In this document: positions 51,305 to 63,540 of the stretch, one piece after another
Layout of the letters: each line of letters begins with the position of its first letter
Numbering within the stretch: position 1 is the stretch's first letter
Assembly: GCF_002571385.2 (NCBI RefSeq)
Contig: NW_019218304.1
Span: 91,665-155,664 of the forward strand
DNA: 64,000 nt
Direction: 5' to 3'
Source of the DNA: Stylophora pistillata
Lineage: Eukaryota
Translations under genes and position numbers: made by a program
The notes under the pieces: model-generated
What the model was told of the DNA's origin: nothing
The model's database searches: none
Seen by the model: only the letters and a program-made list of their open reading frames with translations

Positions 51305-52228
51305 TTAAAAAATTTACCATAATACTCTTTCCTCACCTTACATAAATTATGGCTGTTTAATATGGGCATCTACCTATGCTTCATACCTTAAACCCCTTTA
51401 TGTACTTCAAAATAAAGCCGTTCGTATAATTACTTTTTCTCTTCTGCGTACATCCTCTAAACCCCTTTTTCTAAGCATAATATTCTTTCACTTTACTCTA
51501 TTTATAAATTCCATGTTGCCTGTTTTGTATTCTCACATTTTAATAACCTTTTACCTGCTCCTGTTTCCTCGATGCTTCATTTTAATTCTGAATATCACAA
51601 TTATTTGACTCGTTCACGTTTTAATCTACATGAAACCTGTCATAAGTATCAATTTGCTATCACTTGGCAAGCTCCTATTATTTGGAATGATATTCCGTTA
51701 TCTGTACGCAATAATCTCACAGTAAGTAACTGCAAAAAAAATCTTAAGACTGTATTTTTCTGTGAGGAGTTAATAATTAGCCTACGCATAATCTTATGAA
51801 TAAAGATTTGGAAATGCAAAGACAAGCAAAACCCAACAATAAAAACCGACGTTTCGGTGTCATCATGACGCCATTGTCAAGGAGAAGTAAAAATTACAAA
51901 GTCTGCGGCAAGGTGCATGCCTTATGGGACTATATTAGGTGTATTTGTTTTATTTGTTTGTGTGGTTTATGAATTTATTATTAGTTGTTTAAATATTTAA
52001 ACTAGTTGCCAAGTATTGTATCTCAATTGTAAGTTTTTTTTTTCTGACTGACCTTCTCTTTCTTGGTTTAATTGTATTGTAATTATTTTAAGTCAAGCTT
52101 TCTTCTACTCTTGTAAATTCTTTTGCTGACCCTTGGCCATTTAAGCCCGCGGCTTTGGCTGTTCTTGTATATTTTTTTCCTCCAGTGTGTGAGGAATAAA
52201 GAAAATAAATAAAAATTAAAAATAAAAA
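51305..52228 (+). mobile_element. CR1/L2-group LINE 3' fragment with a nested Penelope terminal piece (~51800-51910)
   Basis: Encodes YINYGCLIWASTY...LYVLQNKAVRIITF...PLF...HNYLTRSR...APIIWNDIP, with an A-rich tail at about 52195-52228. The nested gacgtttcggtgtcatcatgacgccattgtcaagg is identical to the copy starting near 24428. Confidence 0.8.
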
Positions 52229-52570
52229 CAAGATAGATCATTTGGGTGGACATTCTTCGGCTAGTTATGCGTTAGTTGTCGCGATAAAAATTGTTGCCAT
52301 ATAATGATGATTATTTCTGCAGTCGTGTGCGTATATCATTTTCGATCTTGGTTCTGGTTATTGTGTGGATTATCGATTTCCCTCGCTCGTTACGCTGCAA
52401 AAATAATAATGAGTTGCGCAATGTATGCCTTCTATGGCATCTCGAGAATCGCAATATATGGCAACTCTCAGTGATCCCACTGGGATCGCTGAGAGATATC
52501 ACATATTACCTCAGGTTCAATACGTAGTTCGCATTATATGGCGTGTTTACTGTTTTGCATTACTGAAATA

Positions 52571-55500
52571 ATAGATTCCATGTTGCTGTGCGCCAGTTCA
52601 ATTTTAAATCAGAAATAACGTCAAAATGTGATAAAAACACAAAAAATGGCACAAGAGGCGCAGCCAAGAGTTCCACTGATGGTCTTACCACATTTTGGCA
52701 TCTTCAGTGATCTCTTAAGGTAGATACTCACGGTAGCATGACTCTATATTGTTGATATGATAGAAGAAGAAAAATGTTGTTAATGATGACGCCAACTATG
52801 CCTTTTTCCTCTAATAGCTCGTAAGTAACAACCAATCGAAATGTATCCATTATTCAGCCCATTTAACTAGATGAGTACAAATAAATATCATTCTGTGAAC
52901 AAATGCAGAAGCTTTGCGTAATCCCTCAAATTATTTATTTACGATAGATTATTTAACATAATTAAAAGGATATATTTTAACTTTCTATTTTTTCTTTATG
53001 CACATGAATGAAACACATTGAAAATACATCTCGAGGCATAAAAAAAAAATTAACATCATTCTCAAAAACAATGAATTCAGCATTGCATCTCACAACTATT
53101 GTGTTGAGTTTTAGTGATTAAATCATACTGATTGTGTAAAATGGATTACCTTAACAAGCCAGGACGTCACTTAATGTATTTTCTTTGACCCCGTTTGCAC
53201 CACAGAAGGAAACTTTCTAGAAAATACGACATTTTTGTTTCGGCATAACCAGGGTAATTTGGATCGTATATCAAATACAAACCTTGTTCGTTTCGTTATT
53301 TTGAAAATATACCTTTAAACGTTGTCCCCTTTCCATAACGAAGAAAGGTGACGAATTAGCTTTTTTAAAGAGGTTAAGAAACCATTCTTTGAGTTAATGT
53401 TATTATTTGCTTTCGTGTCGAAAGTTATCATCCGTCACCATCGTCATCGTCGTCGCTATCGTCATCATCATTGTTATCGTCATCGTCATCAACATCGTTA
53501 TCGTCACCGCCATGGTCATCATCATTTTTATCGTCATTGTCATCTACATCGTCGTCATCATCGCTATTGTCATAATTCTTTTTATAGTCATCGTCATCGT
53601 CGTCGTTATCATTATCAACGTCGTCATCGTCATCGACATCATCATCATTTTTACTCCCAATGTTCCTTTCTTTGTCAAGAATAAAGTGCATAGATTCTGT
53701 CTCTTTGAGTTGACATTATTATTTGTTTTATCATTATTACGATTATCTGTCATTTTTATCCACATCATTATCGTAATCGTCATCATGTTATCATTATCAT
53801 CATCATCATCATTATTGTTGAACTCATTTTTCCTTTTTCGGAAGAAATGAAGTACCTGAGTTCTGTCGCTGATAATTGAACTTAAACTGGTCTTAGCCTT
53901 TCACTTACATCCACGAAAAAGAAGAAAGAAAAGAAGAAATTCAATTCTGGGAAGTCTCTCAGTGAATAATGATTTATGTATATGAATAACATGTTTACAT
54001 CCTTGCTATCATCCATTTCAAAACATGCGTTAATTTATTGAGGCAATTAAAACTACAGCTTTTTTCATATTCCCTACACTCGGCTGCGTTTGGGAATTGG
54101 TAAATTCCAGCCTCCTCTTTTGATTTTGATGAACGATAACAGGAATATAAACAGGTCGATCGACACAATCTGTTCATTGAATTGTACAGCAATTTACGTA
54201 ATTTCTGAGAAAAAATATAAGTTATGTTATTGCCCAAACCCAATTCTCTCTTTTAAAGAGTTCAACCTCAAGCTTTCTGCGCTTCTTAAGGTTTGTTTAC
54301 TCTTCTTTGTTAGTTTTTCTGTTTTCTTTTTAGTCTAGAGTTTGTTCTTGTTTTCTTTTATGTTTTTTTTAATTTTTTACACTGGTTTGTGTGTGTGTGT
54401 AATTTGCCTTGCTCTTGTTCGTCGAGTTAAGCTACGAGGTTTTAAAACTTTAAAAATTGTTTTTTTATTCTATACCGATCGAAATCGACCTTTTGGGGCT
54501 CAAAATGAAAAGAAAATATCCTGAATAATACTTTTGTCAAAAAATAAATAATAATAATAAGCCTGCAGCTCTTTCAAGCGACGAAATCAGTTTTGAAGTT
54601 GGAAACAAGAATGAGTTTTCTGACTTCAACTGAGGTTTTTCGAAGTTGGTAACTCTTCATTGGGACGGTAAATATTATTTAGAATTGTTGATATGTCTCA
54701 AATGAAAGTATTGTTCAAAGGAAGATTTTGTTTTAAAATCGTACAATTTTCAGAATTGTCAACTGACAAAGTTACGCAATTTTCTGGTGGGTAAATTCTA
54801 GTAATCACTACAAGAACAATAAATCTACCACCCGAGTCTCGCAAAGGCAAAGAAATTGCATGTTTATCGCTTCGTTTTTCAAACGGTTTATATCATTTTT
54901 AAGTGTTTTAAACTATTTCCCATAGCATATTTTGATTTTAAAGTCGTACAATTTCAGAATTTTTAAAGTGTTTAACACAAACCTACGCAAATTTCCTGCT
55001 GTGAATTCTAGTAAACAACGATTCAAAACGCTGAATGTACTACTCGGTTTCGTGCATTCAAGAAACTCGTTCGTTTTTCGCTTCTGAGCCGAAAATTTAC
55101 AATTCTTTGAATAAAGGTTTAGTCTCAAAATATTTTATGGTCGCTTTTTCCTTGTTATCTATTCCTAGTTTTAGGATAAAACACTATTACCTGGTAAACC
55201 CGACACATTTTTCATAAACTCTTCTTTTTTGTGCACAACTTGTTTCTGCATGCCATGCTACAAAAGAATTGGTTAACGCTTTAGCTGTGCGTATATCAAG
55301 TTATGATGTCAAATTGATACGTGCATGCTTGAAAACTTGAGCTTTTCGAAGAAATTTACGCCCTCAGTGCTCTTAAATTAAGGAAATCCAAGAGAATAAA
55401 CCTTCTTTCAAGAAATACAGCTTTGTACATTACTAGTAGAAACACAGACACACCTTCTCCTTCTTCGAAGTCACATTACCAAGCACTTGTTGTCACTGGA

Positions 55501-56251
55501 AGATTTCTTTGTCGAAGAGCTGCTGGGAGTTGACCTGTGGTGTGGCACGCCCGAAGTGTTCGTTGATGATGAATGATTCCCTGAAGTTCCTTTGTTTGAG
55601 GTGTGCGATGAATTTGTTGTAATAAGAGAGCTCGGAGAACAACCCGAATTGTACGGAGTGCCAGACGAGCTGTTAGAAGCTGAGCCATAAGTAATTGATG
55701 CCCCACCAGTGGATGAGTAAGTAACTACTTGTAGGATTAACTGAGCTTCTAGATGGGGTAGCTCGGCTAAAAGAAGGTGCTGCATAGGCTCCTGCCCGAG
55801 CGGAACTTGGTGCTCCGCGACCTCCAGAATACCTACTACTTTCATCAGAATACTCGATGATGTACTCTGGGTAGAACTGGTCAGCGTCAAAAACCACATA
55901 AATGGTTGGACTGTACTGGTCGTCCACACAAGAGTCGAACAGGTCACTCGATGGGTTGGATGGTTGCTTTGGAGGCGGTCTCCGATAACTGGAGTTGCCT
56001 TTAGTGTAAGATCCAACAAGAACTTTGGCCAAGAACATGAACTGAGACGAATTTGCGTCTTTCTTCGCAAAAGCATCGCTGTAGGAAGCATTTACAGCGA
56101 AATGACTTCCTTCAACATAAAGATGGGTGATCTTTCCGTTCGAGCGCCAGTCAAAGTTTTGCTTACATATTGCCTCCACAGCATCGGGGCTGGTTCCATG
56201 GAACAACCTCTTTTCGTTCAAAGAGTGACCGCCTGTCTTGACCGCCAACAT
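52571..56251. repeat. Copy 2 of the ~3.7-kb segmental duplication
   Basis: Colinear with 25189-28925. It lacks the MITE found at 25860-26030 and includes the ATC-rich tract at 53425-53815. Confidence 0.9.
55471..56251 (-). pseudogene. PARP-D: orphan copy of the PARP-B terminal exon (PARP domain and CaaX tail)
   Basis: Close to PARP-B exon 6, but the splice acceptor and first 13 nt are replaced by unrelated DNA. GSYF is changed to GSHF (NAD-binding Tyr lost), and a +1 frameshift near 55720 moves DNKCLVM* out of frame. Confidence 0.85.
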
Positions 56252-56574
56252 GAAAGCGTTATTAATAATAAGCGTTAAAATTATATTTCACATTTCGAAT
56301 GTGAACTGTTTAATCATGCCCAGGGGTGTTGGGAGCTCGCTACAAAATTGTTTATTGCCCCCAACCCAGGGGGAGAATTTTCGAAATAAAGTCGAATAAA
56401 AACCGCAATGTCCTTGGGTTTCCCAGGGGTGTCCCGGGGGTCGATTCCCGGGCAAGCCAATGATAAATGCATAAGGCACAAAAGTTCTGCAAACCTGCGG
56501 GGTGTAATGTGACTGTTAGTGTTTACCTATACAATGCAAATGAATAAAGGCTGTCATTCTGTCATTCTGTCATT

Positions 56575-57557
56575 CCTAATGGCGAAGGTCTTCTGGCCCT
56601 TAAACATTTTTTTGATCAACGTACTGTTAAGGAACCAAAATCTGAAACACTACTTTGCCTAGCCGAATTAGTGCTCACACTCAATTGTTTTTCATTCGGA
56701 GACAACTTTTTCAAACAAACCAATGGTGTGGCCATGGGTACCAAAATGGGACCTAGCTATGCCAATCTTTTTGCAGGTTTTGTCGAACACCAACTTTTCA
56801 GCCAATACAACGGCTCCAAACCTGAACTCTACGGTCACTACATCGACGTATCTGCGCCACCTCCTCTACCAGACAGGAGCTGACTCAATTTATAACCGCA
56901 GTCAATTCTTTTCACCCGGCTCTGAAATATACCCGGGAAATTTCTGACAATTCTTTATCCCTTTTAGGCATCAAAGTTTCAATTGAAGGCAACGGTTTAT
57001 GCACTAGTGTGTATTACAAACTTACACACTCGCATAATTACTTGTTGTATTCGTCTTCGCATCCATCTCACGTTAAGAATTTCATTCCTTTTTCTCAGTT
57101 TCTAGGACTTCGTCGTTTACGTTGTGATGACTCTGATTTCCACCACAAATCAGAGTCAATGTGCCAGTTTTTCGATAAACGTGACTACCCTGATTCTGTC
57201 GTTCAAGCGGGTTACCAACGCGCCCAACTCAGTTATTGATCAACATTCAGCACTACAAACGTCGCAAAAGGAAGATTCCGACCGCATTCCATTCACTCTC
57301 ACGCTTCACCCTCACAACCACTCAGATAAATCCATCATTCTTAAAAACTTTAAATTAATTCAAAACGATCCAGATACAAGCACTATCTTTTCGCAGCGTC
57401 CGCTCATTTCATTCAAACGCGACAAAATTAAAACATAGGCAATTTTTTGGTCAGAAGTTCTTTTCAGACTAATGACCAACCAGGCACTTTTAAATGCGCT
57501 CGTGCACGATGCAAAACGTGTCCTTTCATTCACAACACTGAGGAAACATCGGGACCC
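56575..57557 (+). mobile_element. Penelope-like retroelement fragment (RT and linker), degenerate, runs into an assembly gap
   Basis: Encodes VLTLNCFSFGDNFFKQTNGVAMGTKMGPSYANLF, YIDV, VYYKLTHSHNYLLYSSSHP, IPFSQFLGLRRL and CARARCKTCPFI, with several frameshifts. Confidence 0.9.
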
Positions 57558-59610
57558 NNNNNNNNNNNNNNNNNNNNNNNNNNNNNNNNNNNNNNNNNNN
57601 NNNNNNNNNNNNNNNNNNNNNNNNNNNNNNNNNNNNNNNNNNNNNNNNNNNNNNNNNNNNNNNNNNNNNNNNNNNNNNNNNNNNNNNNNNNNNNNNNNNN
57701 NNNNNNNNNNNNNNNNNNNNNNNNNNNNNNNNNNNNNNNNNNNNNNNNNNNNNNNNNNNNNNNNNNNNNNNNNNNNNNNNNNNNNNNNNNNNNNNNNNNN
57801 NNNNNNNNNNNNNNNNNNNNNNNNNNNNNNNNNNNNNNNNNNNNNNNNNNNNNNNNNNNNNNNNNNNNNNNNNNNNNNNNNNNNNNNNNNNNNNNNNNNN
57901 NNNNNNNNNNNNNNNNNNNNNNNNNNNNNNNNNNNNNNNNNNNNNNNNNNNNNNNNNNNNNNNNNNNNNNNNNNNNNNNNNNNNNNNNNNNNNNNNNNNN
58001 NNNNNNNNNNNNNNNNNNNNNNNNNNNNNNNNNNNNNNNNNNNNNNNNNNNNNNNNNNNNNNNNNNNNNNNNNNNNNNNNNNNNNNNNNNNNNNNNNNNN
58101 NNNNNNNNNNNNNNNNNNNNNNNNNNNNNNNNNNNNNNNNNNNNNNNNNNNNNNNNNNNNNNNNNNNNNNNNNNNNNNNNNNNNNNNNNNNNNNNNNNNN
58201 NNNNNNNNNNNNNNNNNNNNNNNNNNNNNNNNNNNNNNNNNNNNNNNNNNNNNNNNNNNNNNNNNNNNNNNNNNNNNNNNNNNNNNNNNNNNNNNNNNNN
58301 NNNNNNNNNNNNNNNNNNNNNNNNNNNNNNNNNNNNNNNNNNNNNNNNNNNNNNNNNNNNNNNNNNNNNNNNNNNNNNNNNNNNNNNNNNNNNNNNNNNN
58401 NNNNNNNNNNNGGTCAATTTACCTGATTTTCCAGAGGGTTAAGACGTTTTTTATTTCATAGAAATACTGTATTTTTCCTTTGGAAATTCCAGAGGGGTGG
58501 GGGTGGTCCTTTGGACAATTCCTTCCGTGTTGGGGGTATGGATATTTCTGGAATTGCACATTTCATGAATTTCGTGATTAAAACAATTGTGAAAATTACA
58601 TGATGGGCAAATTAATTTCAAGACTTTGTAGTGAAAGCATGTCAAATGTTTTTTGCAGAAGCGTAGAAATAAAGAGTTTCAACATATTGCCATCCAAAAA
58701 TCGCGAAATTTTGGTGTTGCAGAAAGGAAGTGTAATAAAGTATGAACACAGATACATTTTGCAATACAAGACCACTGCAAATAATAGAGCTAGACACGGC
58801 AAGCATACTAACCGGTGCTAGCAATTTTGCTCCATTTGATATTCTAACATTTCCCATTGCCAAAGTGTTTAAAGTTCAGTTCTTCCAAAAGAGTTAACTC
58901 CTCCAAGCAAAAGCGGGCATATATTAAAGTGTACCTCAATGCTTGGATTTATAATTACTTATTTAATCGTTCTTTTCCGAATAAGAAAGAACACTGTTTA
59001 TTAGACATCAATAGCTCCTTTGACGCAATTTTTTCACTGCAGTAAACACCCGCAGATAAGAGCACATGGATTAAGAACAACAGGCTTAAATTTGACAATT
59101 AAAGCACCACTTTTATAAGAACAAAACCAACCTGGAAATATAAGATGTTCTTATAAAATGGAGAAGGCATAAAAAATTATAGAAAATGTGTGCCTGCTGC
59201 CAGAAATTCACAGCTCTATCAGCTGTCATGTTGTCTTGTATCTGTTTATGCATGCTAATTGTTACATTATTGTCAATTTGTTCTATTATTAATCCCAAAT
59301 ATATGCTCAACCAACACTTTTTGCATAGTTACAGTTCTGTGTTCCAAAAAGAAAATTAAGAACAATTTAAGAACATCTTGAGGCTGATTTTTCACTAAGT
59401 ACCCGATAAATAAGATCCTAATCAGCCTAATATAACTACCAAAATCGTGTGTTCTTATATGCCGGTGTTTACTGTATTCAAGATTTTTTCAATATCACCA
59501 TTACAGGTATTTTTGTATTTTTATAACTTATGTAGTATTTCAGCAATCTGTAATGATAAATTACCGAAAAAAAAAAAACCTGGCACCAAAGGTATTACCA
59601 TGGCAACACC

Positions 59611-59805
59611 AATAGACCTCCTCAGCTTTGTATGATTAGCCTTTTCAGATCACGTGATGTAAACATGATACCCTCGGGAGAATTAACTCTTTGTTTTCTC
59701 ATCTTTTTGTAAGAGGAAAATTTTATCTTTTCAATAGAAAGATAATCATGTTTACCTCAAATGGCCTGAAAAGGACAATTTACATACAAAGCTGAGGTGG
59801 TCTAT
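59611..59805. mobile_element. MITE with AATAGACC termini
   Basis: aatagacctcctcagctttgtatg at the left end and catacaaagctgaggtggtctatt at the right. Confidence 0.75.
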
Positions 59806-60689
59806 TAGCATGCCAGGAGTTGAAGTGTTGGATGTCTTTCATAGTACCAAGTCTGATCTTTTTCTGACCATCCCACCGAACTTATAAGGGAAAAATTGTT
59901 GTCTGGTTATGGAGTAGTGGTCTTGTGACTTCACTTCTTTGCTAATTTGCATAACTTAAAATCGTGAATCTCTCTTGTGCGAAAAGAGCTGCTGACATCA
60001 AATAAACAGCATTCTTCCCTAAATGAGAGTAGTGATTACCTTGTTTTAAATTCCAGCCTTGACGGGCACTTAACTGCTTGCAGCAAAGCATGTGAGCAAA
60101 GCCTTCTCGCCCACTGACATGATTTTGATTGGTGAATTAAGCTTAGAGGACATCCATAGTTTTGTGGTAAAAGAAGTGCTTCAGTTAGCTGGAAGCGATA
60201 ATTGTAGACAATGCTTTGCAGTTGTCAGACCCAAAACAAACTGATGGACAATTGCAACATCCATACCCATGGACAACGTTGTCCATGGGTATGGGGGAGG
60301 GCAAACAACATTTTTGTTTGCCCCCCCCCCCCTCAAAAAAAAATCAAATATGGCCTGTTCCCTCCTACTTTTCAGAATCCCCAAGACTACAAAGTTTTGC
60401 TTCCCATAAATGCATGTACTGTAAGTGATGAGCATCTTGTGACAAACATCCTTGTGCATTAATAAATACTAGAATTTCAAGCTCTGAGTGAACCCTACCA
60501 TTCAGAATATACATGTGAGAGGGTTACTGGTATTCTCAATTGCCTGAACAAGGGGTAAAGTGTAGCTGCCTCTATGCTCTACTCCTTGATGCTATTAGAG
60601 CATAAGAATATAAAAGGCATTATTTTTTTGCACCATCAGTTTGAGAACATTCGGTTTCACAACAGAAATATTATGTTTCCTTTTATTTT

Positions 60690-61360
60690 CGATATTCAAG
60701 AAGAGATTCAAGCCTCTAGAGACATGGACTCATGACGTTTGCATTTTGGCACATCAGGATTGTGGGTTTACTCCGACCCGTAAAGAACTCCTGGCCCTTT
60801 CCAAAGCGGGTCTTGGGAAAAGATGATGTCGCTGCATAGATTTGTATCCAGCAATGGAGAATTCATTCATTACAGTTTTGATCAATGTATCCAGTTCCTG
60901 TTCAGTCAATTTCGAGTAGCTGTCACGAACACCAAGAATGTATTCTTGAAGTCTCCTGTAAACAGTTTTGTTACTGACATTTATCAAGGTTGCAATATCA
61001 GTGGCCTTTTAGCCACTATCCAGTAAATATTCTATGTGTTTACTTGGGATGTTATACTTGGGTCTACCCCTTGATCCACTATGTAATAGTGGGGGCACTG
61101 AGGCACAATGTGAAAGCTCACTTCCAATAATATTATTGGTTTCAGTGGCAAGAAGGTTTTGTACTTTTAATAGAATTAGTGTCAATACCTTATCAAACTC
61201 TCCTCCAGGTCTTAATAACAAACTGAATATCCAATCAACTTTGTACTATATATAATCATTTGTTGTTGAGTGGCCTTCTATTTTGAATATTAAATCTTTC
61301 AATACACTTTTCAGATTTTGACGCACTATTTCCACTGGATCGCAATCCTGGCCTTCTGCC
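60690..61360 (-). mobile_element. Degenerate N-terminal part of an IS3EU-type (integrase-core) transposase
   Basis: RGRPKYNIPSKHIEYLLDSG*KATDIATLINVSNKTVYRRLQEY...YSKLTEQELDTLIKTVMNEFSIAGYKSM...ERARSSLR matches the HTH region of this family as I recall it. It has stops and frameshifts and no catalytic core. Confidence 0.6.
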
Positions 61361-61649
61361 AACCTTCCTTGTCGTTGTTTCTGTTAGACTTAAAATGAAC
61401 TTAAAGATACGTAGACAAAAACCACTGGATAAGAGGATTCAAATCTAAGGCTTCTTCGAGTTTTTTTTATGTGTAGTTAACGACCGTAGACAGTCCTTTT
61501 AGATAGATTTTGCTCTTGAAATGGAAGTCCAAAGATGGCGCACTGCTGAGTAAGATTGCTGACCATATATACAGTGGACCCCAAACCTCGTTCCCATGGT
61601 CTTCAAAATTACCAAGAAGACCCTGGGAACGAGATTGACGGCCTCGTCA

Positions 61650-62246
61650 TAAAACTTCTTTCTCTTTGGCCATCGTAGCTTGATAAGAATAACACACAAA
61701 CTGCAGTTACAAACATGACAGTAAAACGCATCTTGGAAAACAAGATTAGTAAACTTTACTTGACGTTTCGTATATTTCGACATACATCTTCAGAAGTCAC
61801 AGTTAATAATACACGGGGCGACTAAGTTTAAATTCAAGATAAGTAACTAATTAACTGAACATTTTAAAAGACTCACAAGTGCCTGTCATACATCTGCTAT
61901 CGCAGACCACGTCACGTCAACTGGTCACAACATGAAATGGGACCATTTTGAGATATTAGCAAAAGGTCGTTCTGATACTCATTGCAAGATAAAGGAGACT
62001 CTATTAATTCAAGAGCTTAAACCTACTCTAAACGATAATGTCAGCAGCGATAAGCTTTATCTACAGTAGTTTGCATCTTTATATGTATGCAAATTCTTTT
62101 CTTCTCGACTTTTGTTCGTTGTTTTGTTATTTAGTTACTTATCTTAAATTTAAACTTAGTGGCCGCGTGTATTATTAACTGTCACTTCCTAAGATGTATG
62201 TCGAAACATACGAAACGTCAAGTAGAGTTTACTAATCTTGTTTTCC
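61650..62246 (+). mobile_element. Short Penelope-like insertion with inverted terminal repeats, hammerheads and a 13-bp TSD
   Basis: Encodes the GIY-YIG end SAIADHVTSTGHNMKWDHFEILAKGRSDTHCKIKETLLIQELKPTLNDNVSSDKLYL. 61735-61855 is the inverted copy of 62125-62246. gacggcctcgtca flanks it at 61637-61649 and 62247-62259. Confidence 0.85.
61758..61797 (-). ncRNA. Minimal type I hammerhead ribozyme (Penelope-associated)
   Basis: Minus strand ACTT-CTGAAGA-TGTATGTCGAAATATAC-GAAA-CGTC-AAGT has intact core boxes and stem I ACTT/AAGT. The plus-strand twin at about 62185-62223 has a mutated core (CCTAAGA). Confidence 0.65.
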
Positions 62247-62354
62247 GACGGCCTCGTCAAACTTCCCCTTGAGTCTTGTGCGGGGTAATTTTAAAGATGG
62301 CGGTAACCAGAATTCTGTGCGAGCCTGCTGATAATTACCCATAAAGCCCTGGGA

Positions 62355-62505
62355 TCGAGTTACGATCCAATGCCATCGAAATATGATCCAATGCCATCGA
62401 ATTACCATCCAAAGGCATGGAGTTACGATCCAATGGTATGGAGTTACGATCCAATGCCATAGAATTACGATCCAATGCCATCGGATTACGATCCAAGGGC
62501 ATGGG
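62355..62505. repeat. 21-bp tandem repeat, about 7 copies
   Basis: Unit approximately gaattacgatccaatgccatc; it explains the ORF with TIQCHRI repeats. Confidence 0.9.
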
Positions 62506-62509
62506 GTAG

Positions 62510-63540
62510 TCTCAATTTTGTCCCAATTTCCCCTCCATAAAGAGCGAAAGGGAGTGGAAGATTTTCATCAATTTATTTTTGGTCATCAGACGTGTCGATG
62601 TCTTCGTGTTCCAATTCATCTTTTGCGGTGCCATGGATAGCTGGGTAGACCCATAAGTATTGGAAATTAACACCATAGTGGCCCTCTTGCTTGAAAATAC
62701 AACAAAGAGTTGGGCGTGGGCACACTCGCGCTTCGTGTCCGGTAACATCACAATTGAAGCACATCTTGTTAGGGCATACATTACCAAAATTACCGGGGCA
62801 ATTACATTTACGACAGGTAGGCATCTGGCTGTTGTACTTGATAAAGATTTGAAATTTGCCGAAGCGGAGAAAACTCGGGATGGGTTTATACACACGAACA
62901 CAATAATGACGTAGACCGTTGTAAATGTTAGGGGCCCACGAATGTTTACCACGGCGGTAATGTAGAACGTCGCAAAAAGGTGACAGCCGCTTAATTATAG
63001 CTAAATCTGACAGTTCAAAAGGTGCATCGTAAATCGTCAGGAAAGTTTAGGGCTTGTCCACATCTTGAAGGGCGTAATTTTCTGAGTTAATGTGTAGAGA
63101 ATTTAAACGGAGGAAGTTTTCCTTGACAGTTATGGACTTAAAAGTAACGACCACTTCGCCGTTGAGTTTTCTTTGCAAACATTGGATGTCAGTCGGTTAG
63201 ACCTTCGAAAATGCCAGCGCGTCGAATATAGAGCGGGCAGACGTTAATTTATTGGGAGTAAAGAAGGCGGTTTTCGGCCGCTGTGGCATGTTATTCTCCA
63301 CATGCCACACGTGTTGTTCTCTAGTTATGGAACTTGTGCCAGAAGTACGGGTAGCTCTCGATGCATATGATTGGACGAGTTTTCGGCATTTTCATTCGCG
63401 GCGTTCAAAATATCTTCCACAATCCCCTCCAAATTCGCAGTAGATTCCATAATCAAAAAGCAAGTTAAAGAAGGCCCAAAGGGCAAACTAACCTCTAGTT
63501 TGAAGATTGACTTGGTAAACCAAAAACACAACCAAAATTG
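62510..63540 (-). mobile_element. Tx1/L1-group non-LTR retrotransposon 5' part: UTR and degenerate ORF1 (RRM and three zinc knuckles)
   Basis: ATG at 63450 (MESTANLEG...), then after a frameshift SYASRAT...IQCLQRKLNGEVVVTFKS...TFLTIYDAPFELSDLAIIKRLSPF...NGLRHY...IPSFLRFG...TCRKCNCPGN, CFNCDVTGHEARVC, CCIFKQEGH. Internal stops are present and ORF2 is absent. Confidence 0.8.

Noticed and set aside
62355-62505. Regular 21-bp repeats resembling a CRISPR array
   Set aside because: No unique spacers, eukaryotic context and no cas genes; it is a minisatellite.
62573-62893. Zinc-knuckle ORF as a ZCCHC3-like immune sensor gene
   Set aside because: Contains stops, a frameshift and degenerate knuckles, and sits in a transposon pile; better explained as Tx1 ORF1.
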